A stretch of DNA of 64,000 bases, from positions 84,953 through 148,952 of the forward strand of contig JAKOXV010000003.1 in assembly GCA_029780855.1 (NCBI GenBank), read 5' to 3'. Both the position numbers and the translations under genes were made by a program. Numbering within the stretch: the first letter of the stretch is position 1; the number at the start of each line of letters is the position of its first letter. The notes under the pieces were generated by a model, which saw only the letters and a list, made by a program, of their open reading frames with translations, made no database searches and had not been told where the DNA came from. Source of the DNA: a bacterium. Lineage in GTDB: Bacteria > Patescibacteriota > Saccharimonadia > Saccharimonadales > JAUPVS01. Shown here piece by piece: positions 9,146-18,432 of this stretch.

Positions 9146-10120
9146 CTATTCTACCAATAGTTTGTTAGTTTGTTTGTTGTGAGTTTTAAAATACTCAATT
9201 GTTTTTAGCAACCCGTCGTGCAGATCTATCGTGGGTCTCCAGTCTAATTGTGCTTCTGCCTTCTGAATTACTGGTTTGCGCTGCATAGGGTCGTCTCCCG
9301 GCAAAGGCTTATACGTAATTATCGATTTACTCTCAGTTAGTTCCACAACAATCTCTGCAAGCTCTTTGATAGTAAATTCTCCCGGATTTCCTAGATTAAT
9401 CGGACCTTCCACGTCTGATTCAATCATTGACACAAAACCTCGAATTAGATCATCCACGTAGCAGAAGCTCCTCGTTTGGTTACCCTCTCCATATATCGTA
9501 ATCGGCTTTCCTTCTAAAGCTTGGCAAATAAAGTTAGATACCACGCGCCCATCGTCTGGATCCATCCTTGGACCATAGGTGTTAAATATACGTACAATGC
9601 CGGTATTTACACTGTACTTTTTTCGGTAGACATATATCATTGCCTCGGCAAAACGCTTTGATTCATCATACATACTCCTTGGTCCGTAACTATTAACGCT
9701 ACCTTTGTATGATTCAGGCTGGGGGTGTACTTCTGGATCACCATACACTTCACTAGTGGATGCCTGAAAGAACCTGGCACCGTTTTTCTTAGCTAAGTTG
9801 AGTAAGTTTTTTACGCCTACAGAACCCACCAGAAGCGTTTCGACCGCTAGTCGTTGGTAATGTGGTGGACTTGCCGGAGAGGCAAGATTAGCTATTACAT
9901 CAATTTTCTTATCACGCAGCACTTCAGGAAACTCCAAGCAAATATCGTGCTCTATAAAAGTAAACCGCTCGTTATTGCCTAGGTGCGCAATATTTTGCCT
10001 TGAACCAGTAGAAAGATTATCAACTGCAACTACTTCGTAGCCTTTCTTCAGTAGCACATCACATAGGTGGGAACCCAAAAATCCTGCACCTCCGGCAATG
10101 ATCGCCACTTTACCTGCCAT
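9146..10120 (-). CDS. UDP-glucuronate decarboxylase-like extended SDR (probable UDP-xylose synthase)
   Basis: GGAGFLGSHLCDVLLKKGYEVVAVDNLSTGS Rossmann motif and a YDESKR catalytic YxxxK. Start moved to MAGKVAIIAGG (10120) so it no longer overlaps ugd by 90 nt. It lies immediately downstream of ugd. Confidence 0.65.
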   Translation of the reverse strand: MAGKVAIIAGGAGFLGSHLCDVLLKKGYEVVAVDNLSTGSRQNIAHLGNNERFTFIEHDICLEFPEVLRDKKIDVIANLASPASPPHYQRLAVETLLVGSVGVKNLLNLAKKNGARFFQASTSEVYGDPEVHPQPESYKGSVNSYGPRSMYDESKRFAEAMIYVYRKKYSVNTGIVRIFNTYGPRMDPDDGRVVSNFICQALEGKPITIYGEGNQTRSFCYVDDLIRGFVSMIESDVEGPINLGNPGEFTIKELAEIVVELTESKSIITYKPLPGDDPMQRKPVIQKAEAQLDWRPTIDLHDGLLKTIEYFKTHNKQTNKLLVE

Positions 10121-11432
10121 CGACCACTCTTCTTCCGATGCTTGTGTAATAGAAGCCCTCTGCTTCCATTGCGTCAAGGTCGTATATGTTTCGTCCATCA
10201 AAAATAACCGGTGACTTTACGGTTTTTTTGATTTTCTTGAAATCGGGCGTCCTAAATTCGCCCCATTCAGTGGCAATTATTAGGGCGTCTGCATCACGCA
10301 ATGCATCATACGGAGTTTCGGAAAATTGTAACTGATTAGAGCCGGAATAGATTCGCTTTACATTCTCCGCAGCTTCGGGGTCATACGCCGTTATTTTGGC
10401 TCCCTTATCGACTAACTCATCGATAATTTCCAACGCAGGAGCTTCCCGTATGTCATCCGTATCGGGCTTGAATGCAAGTCCCCACAACGCAAAGGTTTTA
10501 TCGCGAAGGTCGTCTTTGTAGAACTCTCGGATCTTTTTTACTAATACTTTTTTCTGTTGCGTGTTTACCTTCATGACTGCATCTATTAGTTTGAAGTCAT
10601 ATTCTTTTTCTTCTGAAATTTTGTGTAGTGCCAGTACGTCCTTAGGGAAGCAGCTTCCCCCATACCCTATACCGGGATACAAAAAACGGCTACCAATCCT
10701 GTCGTCCGCTCCGATACCCTCTCTAACCATATCTATATCTGCGCCTAGTTTTTCGGACAAATTTGCCATTTCATTCATGAACGAAATCTTCATGGCCAAG
10801 AACGTATTCGCGGCGTATTTTGTAATTTCTGCAGAGCGCTCATCCATATGAATCATTTGACTTCCTTGTCTCACGAATGGGATATACAGCTCATCTAACA
10901 GTTTACGAGCCCTATTAGAGGTTGTGCCGATAACTATTCTATCCGGCTTCAAAAAATCACTCACCGCAAACCCTTCACGCAAAAACTCAGGATTAGAAGC
11001 TACATCAAAATCTACAGTTGCAGACTCAGCAATTTTGTCGCGAACTTTCTCTGCGGTTCCAACAGGAACGGTACTTTTATCAACTATTACTGCATAGTTA
11101 TTGAGCAGAGGTCCTATATCTTTCGCAACACTTAAAACATAACTAAGATCAGCAGAACCATCCTCTCCGGGAGGGGTAGGTAAAGCCAGGAAGACAACTT
11201 GCGCATCCTTGATGCCTGAACTTAAGTCTGTCGTAAAGCTCAGCCTCTTTTCAGATATGTTACGAGAGAAAAGGTTCTCAAGGTCTGGCTCATATATTGG
11301 GACTTTTCCCGAGCGCATTTGTTTCACTTTATTTTCGTCAATATCTACACACGTAACCGTATTGCCCATTTCAGCAAAGCACGTACCCGTAACAAGACCC
11401 ACATATCCCGTACCTACAACAGCTATCTTCAT
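10110..11432 (-). CDS. ugd: UDP-glucose 6-dehydrogenase
   Basis: MKIAVVGTGYVGLVTGTCFAEMGN, plus GGSCFPKD containing the catalytic Cys. Full-length at 440 aa. Confidence 0.92.
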   Translation of the reverse strand: MKIAVVGTGYVGLVTGTCFAEMGNTVTCVDIDENKVKQMRSGKVPIYEPDLENLFSRNISEKRLSFTTDLSSGIKDAQVVFLALPTPPGEDGSADLSYVLSVAKDIGPLLNNYAVIVDKSTVPVGTAEKVRDKIAESATVDFDVASNPEFLREGFAVSDFLKPDRIVIGTTSNRARKLLDELYIPFVRQGSQMIHMDERSAEITKYAANTFLAMKISFMNEMANLSEKLGADIDMVREGIGADDRIGSRFLYPGIGYGGSCFPKDVLALHKISEEKEYDFKLIDAVMKVNTQQKKVLVKKIREFYKDDLRDKTFALWGLAFKPDTDDIREAPALEIIDELVDKGAKITAYDPEAAENVKRIYSGSNQLQFSETPYDALRDADALIIATEWGEFRTPDFKKIKKTVKSPVIFDGRNIYDLDAMEAEGFYYTSIGRRVVDGR

Positions 11433-11559
11433 TTGTTTTCCATGTTAATCTCCGGGTATTGTAGCAACCTAAAACGCGCTAGTCGAATGTAAAACATTTT
11501 ATTGATAATGCTGAAATATTATGCTAGTGTTTATAGAGGTAGCTGATAAAATAAACATT

Positions 11560-12132
11560 ATGAAAACTAGGAATCAACGTGCTTCATCCAGAAAGCGGCT
11601 AATTATAGCCCTCATTATTATTGTCATACTATTCGTGCTTGCTGGACTAGCATATTACCTTTACCAAAAAAAACATCAGACAAAGATTTCTCCTGCGCCT
11701 ACTCCAACTATCACACAATTGCCTAAGCAGCCTGCATCAAACAACGGAGAAAAGAAGCCGACAACGCCAAATACCGTAAACGACGGAACTGCAACAGATA
11801 ATAATGGTCAGATTAGCGAGCCAATTTCATCATCTCCCTCACAATGGACTAGTTCTGCATCTGGTTTAGTTACGGTCAAGAAGCCGATTGCGGGTGAGGT
11901 AGTGACAAACGGTTTTGAGCTTGCAGGGACTGCAAAGGTCTCTAAGCTTCAGTACAGACTTTTAGATAATGAAGTTGGCGTCATCTCACGTGGTTTTATT
12001 AATGTTGTGTCGGGAAATTTCTCGGTAAATGTTAGTTTTTCGCCTCATAGCAAGGCCGGACGTCTAGATGTTTTCACTACTGATGATAATGGGGTTGAAT
12101 CTAATGAGGTTCAAATTAATGTCCGGTTTTAG
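11560..12132 (+). CDS. N-terminally anchored extracytoplasmic protein with an Ig-like C-terminal domain
   Basis: One TM helix (LIIALIIIVILFVLAGLAYYL), a Pro/Thr/Asn-rich linker, then a beta-rich ~90-aa domain. The start is uncertain (11521 or 11560). Confidence 0.45.
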   Translation: MKTRNQRASSRKRLIIALIIIVILFVLAGLAYYLYQKKHQTKISPAPTPTITQLPKQPASNNGEKKPTTPNTVNDGTATDNNGQISEPISSSPSQWTSSASGLVTVKKPIAGEVVTNGFELAGTAKVSKLQYRLLDNEVGVISRGFINVVSGNFSVNVSFSPHSKAGRLDVFTTDDNGVESNEVQINVRF

Positions 12133-14146
12133 TTTGCGGACCGGCAAAAGAGGTAAGGTATACGTCCCTCTTTTAGTCCTTCTGGGGGTTTTATTGTTTT
12201 CATTTATTTACGCTCCAAAAACGGAAGCAGCTAGCTACAACTACACCGATTTTCCAATGGAAGACTCTGTAATGAGAGCATCTAACACCATGACAGCTTC
12301 CCAGATTCAGAATTTCCTTACAGAAAAAGGTAGTGGCTTGGCTGTTTTTCAGGATGTTGAAGATTGCGGAAGCCCGAGCGGTTCACACTATTCGTACTAT
12401 ACCGCTTACTATCATTGCGGCAATACCATGTCTGCAGCCCAAATAATCTACGATGCTGCCCAGGCCTATGGCATAAACCCACAAGTACTTTTGGCAACAA
12501 TGCAGAAAGAACAGTCTTTGATTACCACGCCCAATCCTACCTCGTCTCAGCTAAATTATGCGATGGGGTATGGATGTCCTGATTCTGGAGGTTGCGGATA
12601 CGCCGGATTTTTCAATCAAGTGGATAATGCAGCCTGGCAATTGAGAACGGACATGGAGTTAGGCGCTGGTAACAATTGGTGGGGATATGCTCCTTCAAGT
12701 TATCCATGTAATGGTGCAACCCGTTACTATAGTGCTGCACTCAAAACGGGTAATAATGTAACATTTTATGATGATTATGGCACTGGCTATACAAATTTTG
12801 TCATGCCAAACATGGCTACTGCAACGCTGTACTGCTACACTCCTCACGTTTACCCAGGAAGCTCAAAACAATACTACTCAGGTAGCTACTGGTTTGTTTA
12901 CTACTTTAACCGCTGGTTCGTATCGTACTCTTGGCAGTGGATGAGCCAGTATGCGTATACCGACCAAACAAAGACAACTCCAAAGAGTCTCAATGGTATT
13001 CTACCGGGAGAGCGTGTGTATGTGGGCTTTACTGCAAAGAACACCGGAAACCAAACCTGGTCAAACACCGGGGCTAATCCGGTAATGGTGGGCACCGTAT
13101 CGCCACAAGAAAGAAATAGCATATTCTACGATGGTACTTGGTTAAGTCCCACTCGTCCCGCAACCCTCAAGGAAGCAAGTGTAGCGCCTGGACAGACCGG
13201 TACGTTTGAATTCTGGTTAACTATACCGGATTCTCCAGGAGGGTATAACGAAAGATTCAGCCTAATTGCTAATGGCACTGCTTGGTTTAACGATGTCGGT
13301 CTTAGCTATGGCATCGGTGTTGCACCCAGAATATTTTCTTGGCAGTGGATGAGCCAGTATGCGTATACCGACCAAACAAAGACAACTCCAAAGAGTCTCA
13401 ATGGTATTCTACCGGGAGAGCGTGTGTATGTGGGCTTTACTGCAAAGAACACCGGAAACCAAACCTGGTCAAACACCGGGGCTAATCCGGTGAGAGTAGG
13501 GACACTCTCTCCCCTGGAAAGATCTAGCCAGTTTGCTGACGGTTCATGGATTGGTAACAGCAGACCCGCAACCCTCAAGGAAGCAAGTGTAGCGCCTGGA
13601 CAGACCGGTACGTTTGAATTCTGGTTAACTATACCGGATTCTCCAGGAGGGTATAACGAAAGATTCGGGATAGTAGCCGAAGGTCTAAGGTGGTTTAACG
13701 ATGTCGGTCTTAGCTATGGCATCGGTGTTGCACCCAGAATATTTTCTTGGCAGTGGATGAGCCAGTATGCGTATACCGACCAAACAAAGACAACTGGAGT
13801 AGATCTGATGAACGTACACCCCGGAAATAAGATGTATGTCGGTTTTACGGCAAAGAACACCGGAAACCAAACCTGGTCAAACACCGGGGCTAATCCGGTA
13901 AGAGTAGGGACTACATCCCCGCTTGAGCGTACAAGTGTTTTCGCTCAAGATAGCGGATGGCTGGGACCAAGCAGACCCGCAACCCTCAAGGAAGCAAGTG
14001 TAGCGCCTGGACAGACCGGTACGTTTGAATTCTGGTTAACATCGCCCAGTACAGCGGGCTCATATAACGAAAGGTTTAATTTATTAAGCGAAGGCCGGAC
14101 TTGGTTTAATGATTTAGGCTTAAGCTACGGTATTAAGTCCCAGTAA
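12119..14146 (+). CDS. secreted protein with a lysozyme-like N-terminal domain and three tandem ~136-aa beta-sandwich repeats
   Basis: Signal peptide ending KTEA-AS. GINPQVLLATMQKEQSL resembles the catalytic-Glu helix of SLT/GH73-type muramidases. Three FSWQWMSQYAYTDQ...FTAKNTGNQTW repeats follow. Start chosen at 12119 because a GAGG lies 9 nt upstream. Confidence 0.6.
   Translation: MSGFSLRTGKRGKVYVPLLVLLGVLLFSFIYAPKTEAASYNYTDFPMEDSVMRASNTMTASQIQNFLTEKGSGLAVFQDVEDCGSPSGSHYSYYTAYYHCGNTMSAAQIIYDAAQAYGINPQVLLATMQKEQSLITTPNPTSSQLNYAMGYGCPDSGGCGYAGFFNQVDNAAWQLRTDMELGAGNNWWGYAPSSYPCNGATRYYSAALKTGNNVTFYDDYGTGYTNFVMPNMATATLYCYTPHVYPGSSKQYYSGSYWFVYYFNRWFVSYSWQWMSQYAYTDQTKTTPKSLNGILPGERVYVGFTAKNTGNQTWSNTGANPVMVGTVSPQERNSIFYDGTWLSPTRPATLKEASVAPGQTGTFEFWLTIPDSPGGYNERFSLIANGTAWFNDVGLSYGIGVAPRIFSWQWMSQYAYTDQTKTTPKSLNGILPGERVYVGFTAKNTGNQTWSNTGANPVRVGTLSPLERSSQFADGSWIGNSRPATLKEASVAPGQTGTFEFWLTIPDSPGGYNERFGIVAEGLRWFNDVGLSYGIGVAPRIFSWQWMSQYAYTDQTKTTGVDLMNVHPGNKMYVGFTAKNTGNQTWSNTGANPVRVGTTSPLERTSVFAQDSGWLGPSRPATLKEASVAPGQTGTFEFWLTSPSTAGSYNERFNLLSEGRTWFNDLGLSYGIKSQ
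12929..14146 (+). repeat. three tandem 408-bp in-frame coding repeats, mosaic of 100%-identical and strongly diverged blocks
   Basis: Unit starts (tcttggcagtggatgagccag) are at 12929, 13337 and 13745. Copies 1 and 2 are identical over their first 154 nt. All three share the block cccgcaaccctcaaggaagcaagtgtagcgcctggacagaccggtacgtttgaattctggttaac. Confidence 0.92.
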
Positions 14147-16201
14147 ATGTTGCAAATTTTATCTAAACAATTCTTCCTCGACACTCCACGCAGAAGATGG
14201 TTAATTGCCTTTCTGATATTCTTTGTAATGAGCTGGGTGTATATGGGCTCCTCACTCACAAAATGCAGTACTAGTGTGCTGGGTAACCCTGGTGACCATA
14301 CTGCAGGAATAATGTACTACACATGGGTACATCCCAGCAGTCCGCTGTTGGGCTATACAAACTTTACAAACTATCCGTTCGGTGAAAACTTATGGCAGCC
14401 CCTGGCGCTAACGTCAATTATTCCCTCTTCTCTCCATGTATTACTAACCTACTTAACAAACTTAGTGTGTGCCTGGAATCTTTTGGTCCTTATCGGCTAT
14501 ATGGGTTCTTGCCTAGCTATGTTCGGGTTAATTTATTGGCTAACAAGCAGGTTTGGTATCTCAATATTCGCAGCGTATGCGGCAACTTTCACTCCATATC
14601 ATTTATTTGCAAGCCAAGGACAAATTGCGGGTTTACTTAACTTCATATTCATTTTAGGGCTCTGGCAGTTTATACGTCTTTGGAAGTCTCCAAGTATTGG
14701 TAAAGCTCTGTTACTCGGACTCTTATTTGGTATTGGATTTTTTACTGATGGATACTTTATTTTAATTGGTGCAACCATGCTGCTCTCACTATGGATCAGT
14801 ACCATAACAGGAGCCCTGCTCATCAAGACGGAACGTAGACGAATCTTTATTAAAATTATTCCTTTCCTAACAATGGCAAGCGTGACTGCAGCAGTTTTTC
14901 TTCTACCACTATACTGGGTCCAGCTGAGGTTCTCGTCGCAGATAAAAGATATATTAGGAAATGCAAGAGGAAATATACTCAATGATGCACAGATTTATTC
15001 TGCCAAGCCGATAATGTATTTTAGCCGTTCAGAGTTAATTTATATTGGGACAATAATTTTTATACTTAGCATTATAGGCTCATATTTCACACTAAGAAAT
15101 ATATATAAATCGAAAACTAACAATTACGATTTTCGTACAAATATTGCAGGGTGGACTTCAATATTTCTTGTGATAGTTAGTGGATTAGTAAGTCTAAAGC
15201 CAATATTCTATATCTGGGGACATAGAGTGTATACGCCTTCATGGATTATCATTCACTTTACGGAATCTTGGCGAGTATTTGGACGTTTGTATGTTCTCGT
15301 AGACACAGGAGTTGTCGTCCTAGCTGCAATAGGACTCTATTATATTAGTCGAAAAAATAAAAAAGCTGGTCAATTCTTACTCATACTATCTTTTATGCTT
15401 CTTGTTGTAGATTTTTCAATACTTAAGATCGATCGACCTATTCCCGTATATAACTATACTAAGGCTCCGGCTGTATACAAATGGCTGAAAGAAAACAAAT
15501 CCGTTAAGGCGACAGCTGAATACCCACTCGATGAAATGCCCCAAGGAGCCTACTTATCCCAGTATTACACATTTCAAGAAATTAGTAGCAAGCCCATGGT
15601 TAATAGCATGCTGCCAAATAGCGATAAGGCATCGTTAAGGAGAAGTATTGCTGGAATTAACGATCCCCAAACCCTTCCAATCTTGAGAGCGCTTGGCGTA
15701 GGAGTTGTAAATATTCGACCCGCGGCACCAAATAATTTTTCGCTTACTTATCGTCATTCAATAAAAAATAATAATGAACTGCAGCACATCTTCTCCTACA
15801 ATACTCCGGCATTTTGGTTAGATTCATATGTAATCAAACCAGGGCGCGTTACTAGATACGCTCTGAAGATCAGAGATATAAAGTATTTTCAAGTAAAGGT
15901 CGATGATTACGGTCATGCAAAATATATGGTTGACAACAACCCAATACTAGATATCGAGAAACTGCCAGGTGTCAACTCAAAAACCGAAAACATAACTGTT
16001 AGCTTGGTTGCATCGGCAGATAGTGTGCGCGATCTAAAAATTACCCAGGGTTCTCGGGTTTTATGGAGCGGAGTACTACGAACCAAGCCAGAATTGCTTC
16101 TTTTTAGCGCTTCAACTAGTGCGCCAATACGATTTAGTAATGAAAAGAACACTTCACCTACGCATATAGAGATTTCCCAACTACAGATTATTGAGAAGTA
16201 A
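14147..16201 (+). CDS. large polytopic membrane protein, putative GT-C-type glycosyltransferase (paralogue A)
   Basis: 684 aa with ~12 TM helices and a ~250-aa C-terminal soluble domain. The first extracytoplasmic loop (GNPGDHTAG...NYPFGENLW) and C-terminal AEYPLDE...INDPQT blocks are shared with the 16188-18404 protein. Its ATG directly abuts the upstream stop. Confidence 0.5.
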   Translation: MLQILSKQFFLDTPRRRWLIAFLIFFVMSWVYMGSSLTKCSTSVLGNPGDHTAGIMYYTWVHPSSPLLGYTNFTNYPFGENLWQPLALTSIIPSSLHVLLTYLTNLVCAWNLLVLIGYMGSCLAMFGLIYWLTSRFGISIFAAYAATFTPYHLFASQGQIAGLLNFIFILGLWQFIRLWKSPSIGKALLLGLLFGIGFFTDGYFILIGATMLLSLWISTITGALLIKTERRRIFIKIIPFLTMASVTAAVFLLPLYWVQLRFSSQIKDILGNARGNILNDAQIYSAKPIMYFSRSELIYIGTIIFILSIIGSYFTLRNIYKSKTNNYDFRTNIAGWTSIFLVIVSGLVSLKPIFYIWGHRVYTPSWIIIHFTESWRVFGRLYVLVDTGVVVLAAIGLYYISRKNKKAGQFLLILSFMLLVVDFSILKIDRPIPVYNYTKAPAVYKWLKENKSVKATAEYPLDEMPQGAYLSQYYTFQEISSKPMVNSMLPNSDKASLRRSIAGINDPQTLPILRALGVGVVNIRPAAPNNFSLTYRHSIKNNNELQHIFSYNTPAFWLDSYVIKPGRVTRYALKIRDIKYFQVKVDDYGHAKYMVDNNPILDIEKLPGVNSKTENITVSLVASADSVRDLKITQGSRVLWSGVLRTKPELLLFSASTSAPIRFSNEKNTSPTHIEISQLQIIEK

Positions 16202-18404
16202 CACAACCTAAATCAGCTATTTCCATATTATATCCTTTGTCATTCGTTAAAGTTATTTTTGTTCCTGCCAATACCTGAACCGGTACATACTCTGAACCCA
16301 CAATTTTACTAAAAGCTACACCACTATCTGCAGTAACCGTAACGTTAGCCCTAGGCGCACCAGCAATCTTCACTTTAAAACACTGCTTCTGCACTTCTGT
16401 TGATTTGCTTGAACCAGGAATTGGTACTACATTAATTTCGCTATTATTTACAGCTTCGTACGACCAATCTGTAGCCGATTTGATAAGATTGGTGTTCCTA
16501 ACAAATCCTTTGCCAAGTGCAAGCATTTGTGAAGTTTTACTTTTTCTAACCTTAGCAATAACGATATTGTCATTTTTTACCGTTGGCGTATATGCTAATA
16601 GATTGAACTTACTTTGCGGAGCAGCGTACACAACTTCAAGACCATCTATATTCCCAATGACAGATTTATCAACGCCATGAACTACAACTGCATCTATACC
16701 CAGACCTCCGAGAACCTTAACTGTTTGCGGATCAGAAATATCTTTCAATGATTGCCTTAACTCTTCTTCTTTTGTGGTTGGAATATTGCCATTAAACAAG
16801 CGTTTCTTGTGGGCCAGCTGCATAGATAGGTAATATGCCATTGCGTTTGATTCGCCTCCTGCCTTTTCGAGTGGATATTCTGCTACTGTTTTAATTTCGT
16901 CTTGTCGACCAAGCCAGTTATATGCGGATGGTACATCAGTTTTGTAACTAAATGTTGAGAGCTTATTTCCAGAAAAAGGTCGAAATGCTTGGTACTCTAC
17001 CATGATAAGTCCAAAGAGTAGCACAAAAGCCACTGGGAGAACTTTTCTGTATTTAGAGAAATAATCAGAAAAGAACGCGAGAACTATAGCAAATAAAGTT
17101 ACTACCCCAAAGTTTACCACCACATACAAACGTGCAATTGTCCGCCAGGTAGTAGTTATTTTTAACATTGCATAGGAAGGAGTAGGAATGATTCCGAATA
17201 GCTTAACTGGCGGAAATGAGATTGCGGCAGCTAAAAGAACAACCCCCAGCATACCAAATATTACTAGTCTTTGATCATATCCTAATTTAAGTTTAGTTCT
17301 TCTACCGTTTAAACGCTCCCAGCCCATAACTACAAGTCCTGTGAGCGTAATAACTAGAATTGTAATACTAATCCCTACAGTGTCCTCACCGATTCCACAA
17401 GGAAAACCTTCATGTAAATCATTGACTGCCGTTACATAAACATCCTTTCCTACCATTCTTTCAAAAATAGGGTGCAATACAAACGGGGCGGCATACTCAT
17501 ACGGTAGGTTACTGCATGCTTTAGTTTCGTAAAAAACATTTCCCCTAACAGCAGCGACAGAAGTTGATATTTGGCGACTGTTTGAAATGGTTATTCCTAG
17601 CAGTGGTGTGACTAGCATTAGAAACAGTGCAACAGCTAAGAATATCGTTTTAGATTTTTTAAGCGTGTTTACAATATTTCTATTGCCAGTAGTGAAAAAT
17701 TGAATCACCAACCAAACAATAGGAAGAGAAAGGACTATAGGTGCTGCTAATAGAGAAAAGTATGGGTCGAAGTAAAAGCAGACTGCAAGAAGCCCAGAAA
17801 AATATACAATATCTCTCTTACGTTTTTTTGTGACAAGGTTGAAGAATGTCCAAGCCACACCAATTAGTAAAGCCTGAAAACCGTATCCAGGATGGCCACC
17901 AACTTTCATTTGATAATACGGAGTAAACGAAACGGCATAGCCAGAGAGCCAAGCAATCCACTTCCTCCGCGATAAAGCATACACAAAACCAAACATTGTT
18001 AGAGCACTAACAAAGAAACCGAACATATTAAATACATTGTAGCCACACACAGCACCAAATACCTTAGATGAACCCCACAGCGCAACCGATTGGCCCGATA
18101 GACTGTAGTTAACAGGGCTATAAAGGTTTTCGCCAACAGGGAAATTTGTTACATTTTCGCTCGCACCCAATGGTGGCTGGCTCGGTGATATTCCGAATTT
18201 CCAGACAGGCCCCGCGGTATTGTCGCCAAATCCGTATAATGTATTTTTACAGTCCCATACACTCGGCCCCATGTAATAAACAGAAAAGAAAAGATATGAA
18301 ACAATTACAAAACCTACAAACCAGTACTTCTTGATAAGGCGAAGCATTAATTGAACCGCCTCGATAACAGTTATACGTTTAGCTATATTTTCACTCTTGT
18401 GCAT
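16188..18404 (-). CDS. large polytopic membrane protein, putative GT-C-type glycosyltransferase (paralogue B)
   Basis: 738 aa with the same architecture as paralogue A (GFGDNTAG...NFPVGENLY; AEYPLEK...ISDPQT). The convergent 3' ends overlap by 14 nt. Confidence 0.5.
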   Translation of the reverse strand: MHKSENIAKRITVIEAVQLMLRLIKKYWFVGFVIVSYLFFSVYYMGPSVWDCKNTLYGFGDNTAGPVWKFGISPSQPPLGASENVTNFPVGENLYSPVNYSLSGQSVALWGSSKVFGAVCGYNVFNMFGFFVSALTMFGFVYALSRRKWIAWLSGYAVSFTPYYQMKVGGHPGYGFQALLIGVAWTFFNLVTKKRKRDIVYFSGLLAVCFYFDPYFSLLAAPIVLSLPIVWLVIQFFTTGNRNIVNTLKKSKTIFLAVALFLMLVTPLLGITISNSRQISTSVAAVRGNVFYETKACSNLPYEYAAPFVLHPIFERMVGKDVYVTAVNDLHEGFPCGIGEDTVGISITILVITLTGLVVMGWERLNGRRTKLKLGYDQRLVIFGMLGVVLLAAAISFPPVKLFGIIPTPSYAMLKITTTWRTIARLYVVVNFGVVTLFAIVLAFFSDYFSKYRKVLPVAFVLLFGLIMVEYQAFRPFSGNKLSTFSYKTDVPSAYNWLGRQDEIKTVAEYPLEKAGGESNAMAYYLSMQLAHKKRLFNGNIPTTKEEELRQSLKDISDPQTVKVLGGLGIDAVVVHGVDKSVIGNIDGLEVVYAAPQSKFNLLAYTPTVKNDNIVIAKVRKSKTSQMLALGKGFVRNTNLIKSATDWSYEAVNNSEINVVPIPGSSKSTEVQKQCFKVKIAGAPRANVTVTADSGVAFSKIVGSEYVPVQVLAGTKITLTNDKGYNMEIADLGCVTSQ

Positions 18405-18432
18405 ACTATATTATCCAATCTCTGTATAACGT

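Noticed and set aside
10121-10201. 27-aa N-terminal extension of the UXS-like gene overlapping ugd by 92 nt
   Set aside because: The Rossmann GxxGxxG motif follows immediately after the internal Met (MAGKVAIIAGGAGFLG). Using it removes the large overlap with ugd.
12929-14146. Diversity-generating retroelement (template/variable repeat) as an explanation for the near-identical repeats
   Set aside because: No reverse transcriptase or accessory gene is nearby. Differences between copies involve all four bases rather than being adenine-specific. All copies are in-frame parts of one gene.
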